64,000 nt of DNA from an uncultured Verrucomicrobiae bacterium (GCA_963788655.1 CAWBHS010000057.1:1-64000), one strand, 5' to 3'; counted from the first letter of the stretch, positions 39,408-54,400 are shown. Notes: generated by a model not told the origin, from the sequence alone. Program-made: numbers and translations.

Positions 39408-42400
39408 CTACGGCTCGACCCGATAATCTTCCAGCAACAAACCGCCGAACGTATCGCCCCGCTGCAATGGCGCGGAACAAGACGTATGCATTTGGATGCT
39501 CTGCACCAGCGTGGCTCCGTCGTAGAGGTAAAAATATAAGTTCGCGCCGAAATCCTTTTTGCCAGCGGTGGCCGCGAAGACCTCGAAGGTCTGTCCCAAC
39601 GCCACCACGTCGTCAAAGAATATTTTATCTTTGGCGGACGGTGGCATGGAACGGTCCGTGACCACAACCCGCACCCACGGCGCGCCGGCCGGGTCGCCCG
39701 CACAAGCCGTCTTGTCCTTGAAGGCCATTTGCGAATTGGCTGCCATTTCGCAGCTCAGGCCTTCATACATCAAGGTCAGCACATTGGGCTTCCCAACCGT
39801 ATCGCAATTGGGAATATCAGCCGCCTTCACACAGTTCTTGTCGTTCTTGTTGGCCGCTTCGAACAGTTTCTTCAACTCGTCTTGCAATGCATTGTCGCCC
39901 GAAGCCAGCGCCGTGTTTACCCCCAGGACGATTTCTACGGACGAGAAAGGATAGGCAACGTCGGGCGAAGCCGCATTGAGCAAGCCAGCCACCCCTTCTT
40001 TCAAAATGTCTTTGACCTTGCCACCGCCGGCCTTGCCTTTCACGGCTTCCAGCAACGTCTTGCTGGCGACCTCCGGCAAGACCGCAGCCTGATCGAAGAC
40101 ACTCAACACAGTTTGATCCGGCGTGTACTCCGACGGCCAGACGCTCGGAGTCTTGCCCCAGTCAGGCGCTTTGGTCGGACAGTTGCCAGCCACCGGAGTC
40201 TCGCTGCCGAGGCAAATCACGGTGGCCGCTTTCCGGGTCAACAGGACGTTCCCGGCATGGGCCGTGGCAATCGCCAGATTGGTCACACAACCACCGCAGG
40301 GCGCGGGCCGTTTGATCGAAATCTTGGCCGGTGAATTGTGCTGATCTTTTAGGGTTACGCTGCCAAAGCCAAATGGCTCGAACGCCTGCCGATCGACCAC
40401 CACCGAGTAAATCACTCGGTCTTGCCAAGCAGCGAGGTTGGGATCGTCGGGAGCGGGCGAGTCCACTGTGTATTGTGCCAGGCGCTCCAGGAACGGCGGC
40501 TGGTTCAAGTTCTCGGTCAGCGACGTCCCCACCTGCAAGATGCTGGCGGCCTCGCCCTGCTTGACTTTGCCGTCGCCGCCGCTTACGCCCAGCGTGCCAT
40601 AGCCGGACGGAAAGGCCGGTGATTTGCTCAAGTAGTCCACGGTAAACTCCAGAACCGTTCGGCCAAAGGTATCGGTGAAAAGGAAGCCCGCCTTGTCACT
40701 GCCCACCAGGTCATTGAACTTATGGGCTTTCTTCCCCCAACCCTGCGCGTTGATCCCATAAGTGTTGTCGCTGACGCTCGGCGACTCGAGGAACGTCACC
40801 TGGATGTTGCCATCGGGCAGCACCATGGAAATCAACCGTCCGCTTTCGAGGCCGCTGGTGTTGTCGCAGTAGGTGATGGGAGGAATCGCTTCGACCATGA
40901 ACTCGTACGCGCCACCCGGCGGCAGGCTGGCCAGACTGCCCACCAACCGGTCATCCGCAGGATAGTCCGGTGTGCCATTATCATCGACGACCACCAGATC
41001 TGTCAGCGTGACCGCGCCATCATTGGTCACGGCGTAGAAATAGGCCGTTCGGCTGCCAGGTTCGACCGTGGCGCTGGCCGCTTCCCCGGACAAAAGAAAC
41101 GCCGGCTCGGCTTCGCACTCGATCCGTCCCGCGCCTTGGCCCGTGACCACCACGGGAGCGCCGGCAAAGTCATACCCGCAAACATCCCCAGTTGCTTCGG
41201 CGGTCACGTTTACATTGGCGGTAATCGCACCCGGGCAAGCCACTTCAAGGGTGCATTGGTTAGTGCCGCATTCGCCGGTCGCCAATGCTGGAATGGTCAA
41301 GCTGTTCCCAACACAGTCCTCTAACTCGGCCGACTGGATCAGGACATTGGCCAGGTCGATCGCTCCAGAATTGCAGACGATCACCTTAAACGTCACTGGG
41401 TACGGCCCGCCGAAATGCGGCAGCCGGACTTGGTTGTCGGCGCCATTACCGTCTGTGTCGGCGGGTGACGTCACTGTGACCTGGGTGGCGATTCTACCGA
41501 CCAGCACCCGAGCAATGGAACTGTCATGGTTGGCAACCGAACGACCGTCGAGGACCGACTGGCCGGAAGCGGTGACGGTGTTGGTCGTATCCTGGCTCCA
41601 AGCCATCTTGAGGTATCGGGTAACGGATTCATTCGGCGCCAGGACCGCGTTCGATGCCGGAAAGAACTCACCGGTAAGATCGCCCATTTGATCATCCAAC
41701 ACTGACAGGTTGTTGATCGGAACCGCTCCACAATTCTGCACGGTGATGCGATAACAGAAACCCGGATCACGATCCCCTCTGATCCCGGAGGCCATCTCGG
41801 CAAACGTCCCGCAATTGTCGTCCGGCAGCAGACATGCAACGGCAGATGCCATGGCAAGGCAAGGTTGCGGACAGCAATTGATGGTGATCATCTGCCTGCA
41901 GACTGCGAGATTGCCGCTGGCATCCGTGGCCGTCCATTCTCGCATAATCCGTTTCGCCACGGGGCACTCGCCCGGCGACTCAACGTCTGTCCAGGTAATA
42001 ACCGGATTGGGATCGCAGGCGTCAAGGGCGCTTGCCTGGTCAAAGACAATGGGTGCGTCACACGCAAACGTCCGGTCGGACGGACACACAATCGCGGGCG
42101 GCGCGGTATCCACCACGGTGACGGTTTGCGAGCAAGTTGCCCGATTGCCGCAGGCATCAGTAGCAGCCCAGGTGCGAGTTACCGTGAACACTGCCTCCGG
42201 AATTATGGCTGGACTTGCCAATCGGGAAACGGTTGGCACGAATCGGGACGCCGGCAGTGATTCCGGCGTCAGTACCGGAAGTTCACGAACCGACGGTGGC
42301 GCAGTTTTGTTTGGATTGCGACGCGCCAAAACATCTTCGACAGCCGTCAAGGTCTGTGGCTGATTGGTGGCCGTGCTCACGACTTCAATCACCACGGTGG

Positions 42401-45400
42401 TGCCACTGCCGGCGTCGGTGGCTGTGGGCGCGTCAAAAGTCCACGCCGTGCCGCACTCCACAACTTTGTTCTCCTGGCAGACGATAAGCGGTGCGGTGGT
42501 ATCCCTGACCGTTACCGTCTGACTACAAGTCGCGCGATTACCGGCAGCGTCCTCGGCCTGCCACGTTCGTATGACTTGATACGTTCCCGAACAGAAGCCG
42601 GTGGAGTTGGTGACTGTGCCGATGACAACAACATTACCCACCGCCCCAGCGCATGCATCCGTGGCGGTAGGTTCATCAAACGCCCAAGCTGCACCGCTCT
42701 CCACCACCTTGTCCGCTTGGCAATGTATTACTGGCGGGGTGGTGTCCGCCGCCGTGAGCTTGACGACGCAATTCGCGGCGTTACCGGCAGCATCGGCAAC
42801 AGTGACCGTGACCGGCGTGGCCACCCCCACAACCAAAGCAGTGCCGGCCGGTGGATTCTGAGACTTCCGCAAATCACCGGCGGGCGTGCAGTTGTCACTG
42901 ACCACCGTGCTGCTGATCAAATTGGGAACTACGGCGTCACAAGTTGCATTCACAGCGATGGTCTGATCAGACGGACAAACGGCAATCACTGGCGCGGTTT
43001 CATCCTTTACGGTGATGAGGACGGCACAGCTCGCTTCATTGCCGGCGGCATCGGCCATGGTGATTGTTACCGAGGTGACGGAATCCAATGCCAAGGCAGT
43101 ACCGGCCAGCGGATTCTGTGTTTTCATCAGGTTGCCGGCGGGGGTGCAGTTGTCCGTGGCAATAGCGGCGCTTAACAAGTTGGGCACCGTTGCTCCACAT
43201 ATTGTGTCTGCAGTAATCGTGCGGTCAGCCGGACAATCCGTGAATGTGGGGGCGGTTTGATCGGCCACGAACACGTTCACCGTGCAAGTGGCGGCATTGC
43301 CGGCAAGGTCACGAACGGTGATGGTGACTGGGGTGGTCAATCCTGGCGTCAAGGCCGTGCCGGCAGCCGGATTCTGGGTCGTGACCAACGCACCATCAAT
43401 TGTGCAGTTGTCGGTAGCCGCAGTGTCGCTCGTTAGGTCGGGAACTATTGCCTCACAGTCGTCATCTACGGCAATGGTCCTATCAGTCGGACAGCCGGTG
43501 ATCAGCGGAGGCGCAGTGTCCGCAACCGTGACTGTTTGCTGGCAAGTGGCCTGGTTGCCGCACGCGTCGCTTGCCACCCAGGTCCGCGTCACGATGAATA
43601 CTGCTGATGGAGAGGTGGCCGGGCTTTCCATCGTGACGGTCATGGACAGCGAGCGGGACACAGAAGGCGAATCCTGCGTTCGCGCCGAGTAGTCTCGAGC
43701 TGTCGCCGGTACCGGCTTGTTCGAGGATAGGCGTAGGGGCTCACTCATGGCAGACACAATGCGGTTTTCCGATGAGACTTGAGCCTCCTGACGTCGGCTG
43801 CTACGCGGTAGCTGGCGTTTTGAAGATCGCTCCAGGAGGGCATTGGCTGAGTTGTCTGCGGCGGCGCTCAAGAACGCCTCGGCAGCTCCGGCAGTCGCTG
43901 CTCGCCTGATGACTGACGGAGCGGACCTCGCTGGATTGATGCGAGTTTCCAAAGCTCGAACAACGGAGACGACCGGAACTGGATCGCGAAGAATCGATTC
44001 CCGGTCGGAAACCGCCAGATCCTGCAATTGGTTGGTGACGGTGCTCACGACGGTAACCGAGACATTGGTTCCGCTGCCGGCATCCGAAGCCATGGGCTCC
44101 TCGAAATTCCAGACCGTGCCGCATTCAACGATCTTGTCCGCTTGGCACTGGAGGATTGGTGCCGTGGTGTCCACGACCGTCACCGTCTGACTGCAGCTCG
44201 CGCTGTTGCCGGCAGCATCCATGGCCCTCCACGTGCGCGTGGTTTGATACGTGCCGAAGCAGAAGCCGGCTGAATTGGTGACCGTATCGCTCACCGTAAT
44301 GGTTACGTCCGTCCCATCACACGCATCCGTGGCGGTCGGTTCATCAAACGTCCAAGCGACTCCGCTTTCCACCACCTTATCAGCCACATAACTCACCACC
44401 GGTGGGGTGACATCTACCGCCGTGAGGTTGACACGGCAATTAGCGGCATTACCCGAAGCGTCCATCACCGTGATCGTGACTGGAGTACTCGAGTTCAAGG
44501 CCAGTGCGGTGCCGGCCGGTGGGTTTTGGGTCATCACCATATTCCCGGCAGCGGTGCAGTTGTCGGCAACTTCCACGCTGCTGCTCAAATCAGGTACCGT
44601 TGCTTGGCAGGCAACATCCGCTGCCAGCGTGCTATCCGGCGGGCAAGTCGTAATGACCGGTGAGGTCTGGTCGGTTGCAATGACGTTAACAGTGCAGGTT
44701 GCCTGATTACCGTTGGCATCGGCAACCGCCACGGCAACCGGCGTAATTACTCCCAATGCCAGGATGGAGCCGGGCGGCGGGCTTTGCGACCTCACCAAAT
44801 CCGCGGTGGCGGTGCAGTTGTCGGTAGCCGTAATGCCGCTCGTGAAGTCAGGCATCGCTGCTTTGCAGGCAGCGTCCACAGCAATCATCCGATCCGGCGG
44901 GCATGCGGTGACCGCCGGCGGGGTTTGATCGGTCACCGTGACCATGGCGATGCACGTCGCCTCATTGCCGGCAGCGTCAGCGATGGTGACGGTGACCGGC
45001 GTGACCGAGTCCAAGGCCAGTGTCGTGCCAGCCGCCGGATACTGAGTTGTCACCAAAGCGCCGGCGGCCGTGCAGTTATCGGTCGCTACCGAGGCGCTCG
45101 TTAAGTCGGGGACCGTCGCCTGACAGGCCGCATCCGCGGCGAGCGTTCGGTCCGGGGGGCAAGTGGTAATTACCGGTGCAGTTTGATCGGCCACCACTAA
45201 GTTGACGGTGCAAGTGGACTCATTGCCGGCAGTGTCGGCAATGATGATTGTTACGGGGGTAATCGTCGCCAATGTCACCTCGGTGCCGGCGGGCGGATTT
45301 TGTGTTTTCACCAAAACCTCAGTAGGCGTGCAGTTGTCGGTGGCGGCTGCAATGCTTGCCAGGTCGGGAATCGTCGCAGCACAAGCCGCATCAGCCGCGA

Positions 45401-48400
45401 GCGTCTGGTTAGGCGGACAAGTTGTGATCTCTGGGGCAGATTGATCGGTCGCCGTAACGTTGACAACGCACGTGGCCTTGTTACCGGTAGCATCGGCAAT
45501 CGTGATCGTGATCTGGGTAATCGAGTTCACAGCCAGCACACTTCCGGCAGCCGGGCTTTGAGTTTTCGCCAAATCACCGCTGGGGGTGCAGTTGTCGGTG
45601 GCAGCGGTGCTGCTGGTCAAGTCGGGCACTACTGATTCGCAGGCAGCGTCCACCGCGAGCGTGCGATCTGGAGGGCAGGCCGTAATTAGCGGCGCGGACT
45701 GATCGGCCGTCGTGACGGTCACCGTGCAAGTGGTCTCATTACCCGCAGCGTCGGCAATGGTAATCGTAACCGGCGTGACCGCGCCTAACATCACCACCGT
45801 CCCGGCGGGCGGATGCTGTGTTTTCACCAAATCACCGCTGGCGGTGCAGTTGTCGGTGGCCGCGGTGCTGCTCGCCAAGTCAGGAATCGCCGCGACGCAA
45901 AGAGCATCCACGCCAAGCGTCAGGTCAGACGGACAGCCAGAAATTACCGGAGGAGTGGTGTCGGCGACGGTGATGGTTTGCTGGCAAGTGGCCTGATTGC
46001 CACATCCATCGGTCGCGACCCAGGTCCGGGTTACAGTGAGCATTGCTGGCGGGGAGACGGTTGGGCTTGTGGCGTTGGCCGTTGGCAATAACGGGGAGAC
46101 GGGAACCGATTTCTGCGTCTGTGCTGAGCGAGTGCGAACGGTCGCGGGTGCTGGCTTGTTGGGAGGCCGGCGGTTGAGCAGACCTGATCTGGCTTCCACA
46201 ATTCGGGCCACCGAAACGACTGGAACGGGTTCACGCGGGGCGGAAGCGCGATCATAGGCCGTCAACGCTCGCATCTGGTTGGTGACGGTGCTCACGATTT
46301 CAAGCAACACATTAGTCCCGCTGCCGGCATCCGTGGCCGCAGGTTCATCGAAGCTCCAGACACTCCCGCACTCCACGACTTTGTCCGCTCGGCACTGGAG
46401 GATCGGTGCTTGGGTGTCCACGACCAACACCGTCTGACTACAAGTCGCGCTGTTGCCGTCGGCATCCATGGCTCTCCATGTGCGTGTGGCTTGAAATGTG
46501 CCGAGGCAGAAACCGGTCGCGTTGGTTACCGTGTCGATAACCGCAATGGTTACTCCCGTGCCGGTGCAAGAATCCGAGGCGCTCGGTTCATCAAACGTCC
46601 AAGTGTCACTGCTCTCCACCACCTTGTCCGCCAGACAATGAATCAACGGCGGCGTGATGTCCACCGCCGTAAGATGGACAACACAGTCGGCCGCATTCCC
46701 AGCCGCGTCTGACACGGTCACCGTAACGGAAGTGGGCGTTCCCAAACCAATGGCAGTGCCAGCCGACGGATTCTGGATCATCCGCAAATCACCGGTAGCA
46801 GTGCAATTATCCCTCGCGGTAATGGCACTCGTCAGGTCGGGCACCAACGTTTCGCAAGCAGCATCCGCCGCCAGCGTGCGGTCCGGTGGGCAAGTCGCAA
46901 TAACCGGCGCGGTTTGATCAGTTACGGTGACGTTTACCGTACATGCTGTCGCATTGCCGGCAGCATCTCTGACGGTGATGGTGACCGGCGTCGTTGCGTC
47001 CACGGCGAGGATCATCCCGGCGGCCGGATCTTGCGTCTTCACCAACTCGCCGGGGGAACTGCAATTGTCAGCAGCCGTAACGGCGCTCGTCATGTCGGGT
47101 ACGGTCGCGGCACAACCAGCATCCGCCGCTATCGTTCGATCCGGTGGGCAACTCGTGATCACTGGCGCGGTTTGATCGGTCACGGTGAGGTTCGCCGTGC
47201 AGGTCGCGGTATTTCCCGAAGTATCTCTGATGGTGACGATGATTGGCGTGCTCGATTTCAAGGCCAATGGCGTGCCCACGGGCGGATTCTGGGTGATGAC
47301 CAAATCACCGGCGGGCGTGCAGTTGTCTGTCGCCGCCGTGGCAATCACCAAATCAGGAACCGTTGCTCCACAAGCCGCATCGGCGGCCAACGTCTGATCC
47401 GGCGGGCAAATGGCAATGACCGGCGCGGTTTGATCGGTTGCCGTGAGGTTGACGATGCACGTAGCCTCATTACCGGAGGCGTCGGCGATGGTGACCGTAA
47501 CGGGAATGACCGAGTTCAAGGCCAACACTGTGCCGGCAGCCGGATTCTGTGTCTTCACCAAATCACCAGCGGACGTGCAGTTGTCCGTGGCGGCGGTGCT
47601 GCTCGCCAAGTCGGGAATCGTCGCGGCACACGCAGCGTCCGCGGCAAGCGTTCGATCGGCCGGGCAACTCACAATCGCCGGAGCGGTTTGGTCAGTTGCC
47701 ATAATGTTGACCGTGCAGGTGGCTTGGTTACCCGCGGCATCGGCGACCGTAACTGTGACCGGGGTAACCACACCCAACGCCAAGACCGTTCCGGGCGGCG
47801 GGCTTTGCGTCTTCAGCAAGTCGCCGGGCGCCGTGCAGTTGTCTGTCGCCACAGTACTGCTCATCAAATCGGGCAACGTCGCCTCACAAGCAGCATCCAC
47901 CGCAAGTGTTCGATCGGGTGGGCAAGCCATGATCACGGGCGGGGTTTGATCAGCCACCGTAACGGAGGTGGTGCAAGTCGCTTGATTGCCGGCGCCATCG
48001 GTGATGGTGATCGTGACCGGGGTAACTGAGTCCACCGTCAAAACCGCACCGGCAGCCGGAATCTGCGTTTTCACCAAATCACCGGCTGCGGTGCAATTGT
48101 CCGTTGCCGTGGTGGTAATCGTCAAATCCGGAAGCGTTGCGCCGCAAGCGGCATCCGCGGCGATGGTCTGGTCCGGCGCACAGGCAGTAATCGTGGGGGC
48201 AGTCTGCTCCGGCCGCGGTGAGGTTGACCACGCACATGGCTTCGTTGCCGGCGGCATCGGCGATTGTCATCGTGACGGGCGTCCGTGAGCCCACGGTCAG
48301 TGCCGTGCCGGCGAGCGGATCTTGCCGCTTCACCAATTCACCGACCGGCGTGCAATTGTCGGTCGCCAGGGTGTCGCTCAACAAGTCGGGCACCGTCGCC

Positions 48401-51400
48401 CGACAGGCGGCGTCCACGGCAACGGTTCGGTCTGGCGGACACGTGGTAATTGTTGGAGCGGTTTGATCCGTTACTGTGACATTCGCCGTGCAAGTGGCCT
48501 GATTGCCGGCAGCGTCGGCCACTGAGATTAAAACCGAAGTGACCGCCCCCAACGTCACCACTGTGCCAGCCGGTGGATTTTGCGTCTTTGTCAAGTCACC
48601 CGCGGCCGTGCAGTTGTCGGTGGCAGCAGTGAGGCTCGCTAAGTCGGGAAGCGTTGTCACACAAGCATTATCGGCGGCAAGCGTTCGATCCGGCGGACAA
48701 GCCGTGATCACGGGGACCATCTGATCGACGACGGTGACATTTGCCGTGCAGGCAGCGGCATTGCCCGAAGTGTCTCTGACCGTGACGATGATGGGCGTGG
48801 TCGAGTTCAAGGCCAGTGGCGTGCCAACAGCCGGATCTTGTGTGGTAATCAAATCATCCGTGGATGTGCAGTTATCTGACGCCTCCGTAGCATCCACCAA
48901 ATCAGGCACCGTTGCTCCGCAGACTGCGTCCGCCGCAAGCGTCCGATCCGGCGGACAAGTCGTAATTAGCGGTGCGGTCTGATCGGTTACGGTTACGGTG
49001 ACGCTGCACTTGGCTTCATTACCGGCGGTGTCCGCGATGGTAATTGTAACCGGTGTGAACGAGTTAAAAGCCAGCACTGTGCCGGCAGCCGGATTCTGCG
49101 TCCTCATCAAGTTACCAGCGGGCGTACAATTGTCCGTAGCGGCGGTGCTGCTCGCCAAGTCAGGAATCGTCGCGGCACAAGCAGCGTCCGCGGCAAGCGT
49201 CCGGTCCGATGGGCAACTCGTAATCACTGGCGCGGTTTGATCGGTCACCGTGACGTTGACGATACAAGTCGCCTTGTTCCCAGCGATGTCAGCGACAGTA
49301 ATGGTGACCGGCGTGATTGTACCCAACAGCAAGTCCGTTCCGGGCGATGGGTTTTGCGTTGTCACTAAATCGCCCGGCGCCGTGCAGTTGTCCGTAGCGG
49401 CGGTGCTGCTTGCCAAGTCGGGAATCGTCGCGGCACAAGCAGCGTCCGCGGCAAGCGTCCGGTCCGATGGGCAACTCGTAATCACTGGCGCGGTTTGATC
49501 GGTCACCGTGACGTTGACGATACAAGTCGCCTTGTTCCCAGCGATGTCGGCGACAGTAATGGTGACCGGCGTGATTGTACCCCACAGCAAGTCCGTTCCG
49601 GGCGATGGGTTTTGCGTTGTCACTAAATCGCCCGGCGCCGTGCAGTTGTCCGTAGCGGCGGTGCTGCTTGCCAAATCGGGAAGCGTTGCGGCACAAGCAG
49701 CATCGGCCGCAACCGTTTGATCCGGTGGACATGACATAATCACCGGCGCCACCTGATCGACAACCGTGAGGTTAACCGTGCAGGTGGTGGTGTTCCCCGA
49801 AAGGTCCATTACCGTGAGGGTGATCGGCGTGGTCGAGCCCAAGGTTAATGCCGTGCCGGCAGGCGGATTTTGCGTCTTCGCCAAGTCACCAGGGGAGGTG
49901 CAGTTGTCGATCGCGGCCGTGCTGCTCGTCAGATCCGGGACCGTCGCTTTACAAGCGGCATCTGCGGCCAGCGTCCGATCCGGCGGGCAAACCGAAATCA
50001 TCGGTGACGTCTGATCGGTTGCGGTAAAGTTGACCGTGCATGTCGTCGCGTTCCCGGCCGTGTCGGTCACGGTCAAGGTGACGGGCGTAGTTGTCCCCAA
50101 TGCAAGGGCCATTCCGGCAGATGGATTCTGAGTCTTCAGCAACTGGCCGGCAGCCGTGCAGTTGTCCGCAGCCAAAGTGGCACTGGTCAAATCCGGCACG
50201 ACGGCTTCACAGGCGGCATCCGCCGCGAGGGTCCGGCCTGGGGGGCAAAACGTAACCACTGGTGCGGCTTGGTCGGTCACGGTGACGGTTGCAACGCACG
50301 TCACTAAATTGCCGGCGGCATCAGCGATGGTGATCGTGACCGGCGTGGCGATCCCCAAAGCAATCACGGTGCCCGATGGTGGATTTTGGGTCTTCAGCAA
50401 CCCACTCACGGTCGTGCAATTGTCCGTGGCGGCGGTGCTGCTCGCCAAATCGGGAAGCGTTGCGGCACAAGCAGCATCTGCTGCGATCGTTTGATCCGAC
50501 GGACAACTCGTGATAACCGGCGCAGTTTGATCGGTCACAGTGACCGCGGCGGTGCAGGTGGCTTCATTGCCGGCGGCATCCCGAACCGTAATGATAATCG
50601 GCGTAACCGAATCCAAAACCAGCGTCGTTCCGGCAACCGGATTCTGAGTCTTGACCAAATCATCCGCGGCCGAGCAGTTGTCGGTGGCCGTGGTAAGGCT
50701 CGCTAAGTCAGGAAGCGTTGCGCCGCAAGCGGCATCCGCGGCGATGGTCTGGTCCGGCGCACAGGCGGTAATCGTGGGGGCAGTCTGCTCCGCCGCGGTG
50801 AGGTTGACCACGCACATGGCTTCGTTGCCGGCGGCATCGGCGATCGTAATCGTGACGGGCGTCCGTGAGCCCACGGTCAGTGCCGTGCCGGCGGGCGGAG
50901 CTTGCCGCTTCACCAATTCACCGACCGGCGTGCAATTGTCGGTCGCCAGGATGGCGCTCAGCAAGTCGGGCACCGTCGCCTGACAATCGGCGTCCACGGC
51001 AACTGTTCGGTCTGGCGGACACGTGGTAATTGCCGGGGCGGTTTGATCCGTTACCGTGACGTTCACCGTGCAAGTGGCCTCATTGCCGGCAGTGTCGGCG
51101 ACTGTGATTGTAACCGGCGTGACCGCCCCCAACGTCACCACTGTGCCAGCCGGTGGATTTTGCGTTTTCACCAAGCCACCCACGGCCGTGCAGTTGTCGG
51201 TGGCAGCAGCGAGGCTCGCTAAGTCGGGAATCCTCGTCGCACAAGCATTGTCGGCGGCAAGCATTCGATCCGGCGGGCAAGCCGTGATCACGGGGGCCAT
51301 CTGATCGACGACGGTGACATTTGCCGTGCAGGTGGCGGCATTGCCCGAAGTGTCCCTGACCGTAACGATGATTGGCGTGGTCGAGTTCAAGGCCAGTGGC

Positions 51401-54400
51401 GTGCCCACGGGTGGATCCTGTGTGGTGATTAGCTCCTCAGCAGGCGCGCAGTTATCTGACGCCTCCGTAGCATCCACCAAATCAGGCACCGTTGCTCCGC
51501 AGACTGCGTCCGCCGCAAGCGTCCGGTCCGGCGGACAACTCATAATCAGCGGTGCGGTCTGATCGGTCACGGTGACGTTGACGCTGCACATGGCTTCATT
51601 ACCGGCGGTGTCCGCGATGGTGATGGTGACCGGCGTGATCGTTCCCGAAGTCACCACCGTGCCAGCGAGTGGACTTTGCGTCTTCACCAAGCCTCCAGCC
51701 GGGGTGCAATTATCGGTGGCGAGTGCGCTGCTCGCCAAGTCAGGGATCGTCGCGGCGCAAGCAGCGTCCGCGGCAAGCGTCCGGTCCGATGGGCAACTCG
51801 TAATCACTGGCGCGGTTTGATCGGTCGCGGTGACGTTCACGATGCACGTAGCTTGGTTTCCGCTAGTGTCAGCGACGGTAATCGTGACCGGTGTGACTGC
51901 CGCCAACGCCAAAGCCGTTCCAGGCGGTGGGCTTTGCGTCTTTACCAAGTCGCCGGGCGGCGTGCAGTTGTCCGTGGCCGCAGTGCTGTTCGCCAAGTCG
52001 GGAAGCGTCGCCCCACAGGCAGCATCCACGGCAAGCGTCCGGGCAGGCGGGCACGTCGTGATCACCGGGGCCGTTTGGTCGTCCATCGTGACCATAGCAG
52101 TGCAGGTCGTCTCATTGCCGGCAGCATCGGTGATCATGATGGTAACCGGGGTAATCGAGTTCAAGATCAGCATGGTGCCGGCAGCCGGATTCTGCGTTTT
52201 CACCAAATCATCTGCGGCCGAGCAGTTGTCGGTGGCCGTGGTAAGGCTCGCTAAGTCAGGAAGCGTTGCGCCGCAAGCAGCATCAGCAGCGATAGTTTGG
52301 TCCGGCGCACAAGAAGTTATCGTGGGGGCAGTCTGCTCGGCCGCGGTGAGGTTGACCACGCACGTGGCTTCGTTGCCGGCGGCATCGGCGATCGTAATCA
52401 TGACAGGCGTCCTTGAATCCAGAGTCAGCGCCGTGCCGGCAACCGGATCCTGCGTCTTCACCAATTCACCGACCGGCATGCAATTGTCGGTGGCCAGGGT
52501 GGCGCTCAGCAAGTCGGGCACCGTCGCCCGACAATCGGCGTCCACGGCAACGGTTCGGTCTGGCGGACACGTGGTAATTGTTGGGGCGGTTTGATCCGTT
52601 ACTGTGACATTCGCCGTGCAGTTGGCCTCATTGCCGGCAGCGTCGGCCACCGTAATCGTAACCGGCGTGGCCAGCCCCAACGTCACCACTGTGCCAGCCG
52701 GCGGGTTTTGCGTTTTCACCAGAGCACCAGCAGCCGTGCAGTTGTCGGTAGCCGTTGTGATGCCGGTCAAATCAGGAACTCTTGCCTCACAAGCAGCCTC
52801 GGCCGCAACCGTTCGATCCGGCGGACAACTCGTGATCACAGGCGCCATCAGGTCGGTTGCGGTGAGGTTCGCCGTGCATGTGGATGCATTGCCCGAAGGA
52901 TCCGTGACGGTGATGATGATCGGCGTGGTCGAGTTCAAGGTCAATGGCGTGCCCGCCGGTGGATTTTGGGTTTTGATCAGATCGCCGCGTGGTGCGCAGT
53001 TATCGGACGCCGTGGTGGCACTTGTCAAATCGGGAACCGTTGCTCCACAAGCCACATCCGCCGCCAGAGTCTGGTCCGGGGGGCAACGCGTAATTGCGGG
53101 CGCAGTTTGATCCGTCACCATAACGTTGACAGCACAAGCGACCTTGTTGCCGGCGGTGTCGGTAACGACGATCGTAACCGGCGTGGTCGTTCCCAGAGTC
53201 ACGTCCGTGCCGGCCGGCGGGTTCTGCGTTTTGACCAAATCGCCCGGCGCGGTGCAATGATCGGCAGCGCCTGTGAGACTCGCCAAGTCGGGAATCATTG
53301 CGGAACAAACTTCGTCGGCAGCCACCGTTTGATCGACCGGACAATTCGTGATCACCGGCGCGGTTTGATCGGCCACCGTGACGTTGACAGTGCAGGAGGC
53401 TTGGTTGCCAGCGGCGTCGGCGACAGTAATTGTGACCGGCGTAACCACATCCAGGGTCAAGGTGGTGCCGGGAGAAGGATTTTGCGTCTTCTCCAAGTTA
53501 TCGGAAGCCGTGCAGTTGTCTGTCGCCAGGGTGCCGACTGTCAAATCAGGCATCGTTGCTTCACAAGCAGCATTGACTGCAAGCGTCCGGTCCGAGGGGC
53601 AACTCGTGATCACGGGTGGAGTCTGATCGGTTACCGCAATGTTAACCAAGCAGGTGGCTTCGTTGCCCGAAGCATCGGTCACCGTAACGAGAACCGAAGT
53701 GGCTGAGCCTAACGCCATGCTGGCGCCTGCAGGTGGATTTTGAGTCATCAGCAAATCACCCACGGGCGTGCAGTTGTCGGTGGCGGCGGTAAGGCTCGTG
53801 AGGTCGGGAACGGTCGCCGCACAGGAAGCGTCTGCTGCCAGATTTTGAGCGGGCGGACAAGTCGTAATCACCGGCGCGATTGTCTCGGTCACGGTGAGGT
53901 TGACGGTGCAGGTCGCTTCGTTGCCGGCCTCGTCGGCCACGGTGATGGCGACCGGCGTGGTCTGCCCTGCGGCGACTGCGGTCCCGGCCGGCGGGCTTTG
54001 CGTTTTGACCAGATTGGCGGCGGGCGTGCAGTTGTCGGTCGCCGCGGTGAACTTCGTCAAATCGGGCACCAAGGCTTCACAGGCAGCCTCGGCGGCGACT
54101 GTTCGGTCGGCGGGGCAGTTTCTGATATTCGGGGCTCGTGTCATCCCCTACGGTAACAACCGTAGCGCAGGCATTCACATTGCCGGCTGTGTCAATGACC
54201 ATGATAGTAACGAGAATCACGGCCCCATTGGGGAAGGTTTCCCCAGCCGAAGGGAATTGAGAGATGACAAGATCGTCGTAGGCCGTGCAATTATCCACCA
54301 CCACCAACTCCTCCGGGGTCGTCAAATCCGGCACGGTTCCGCGGCAATTGATCCCCGCCTCGATGGACCGGCTCGCCGGACAACTCTCAATCACCGGGAA

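Noticed and set aside
48200..48220. Phase-variable frameshift splitting the giant repeat gene
   Set aside because: The site reads CTCCGGCC, a merge of the sister-repeat variants CTCCGCC (~50790) and CTCGGCC (~52338). This points to a consensus artefact, and there is no slippery tract.
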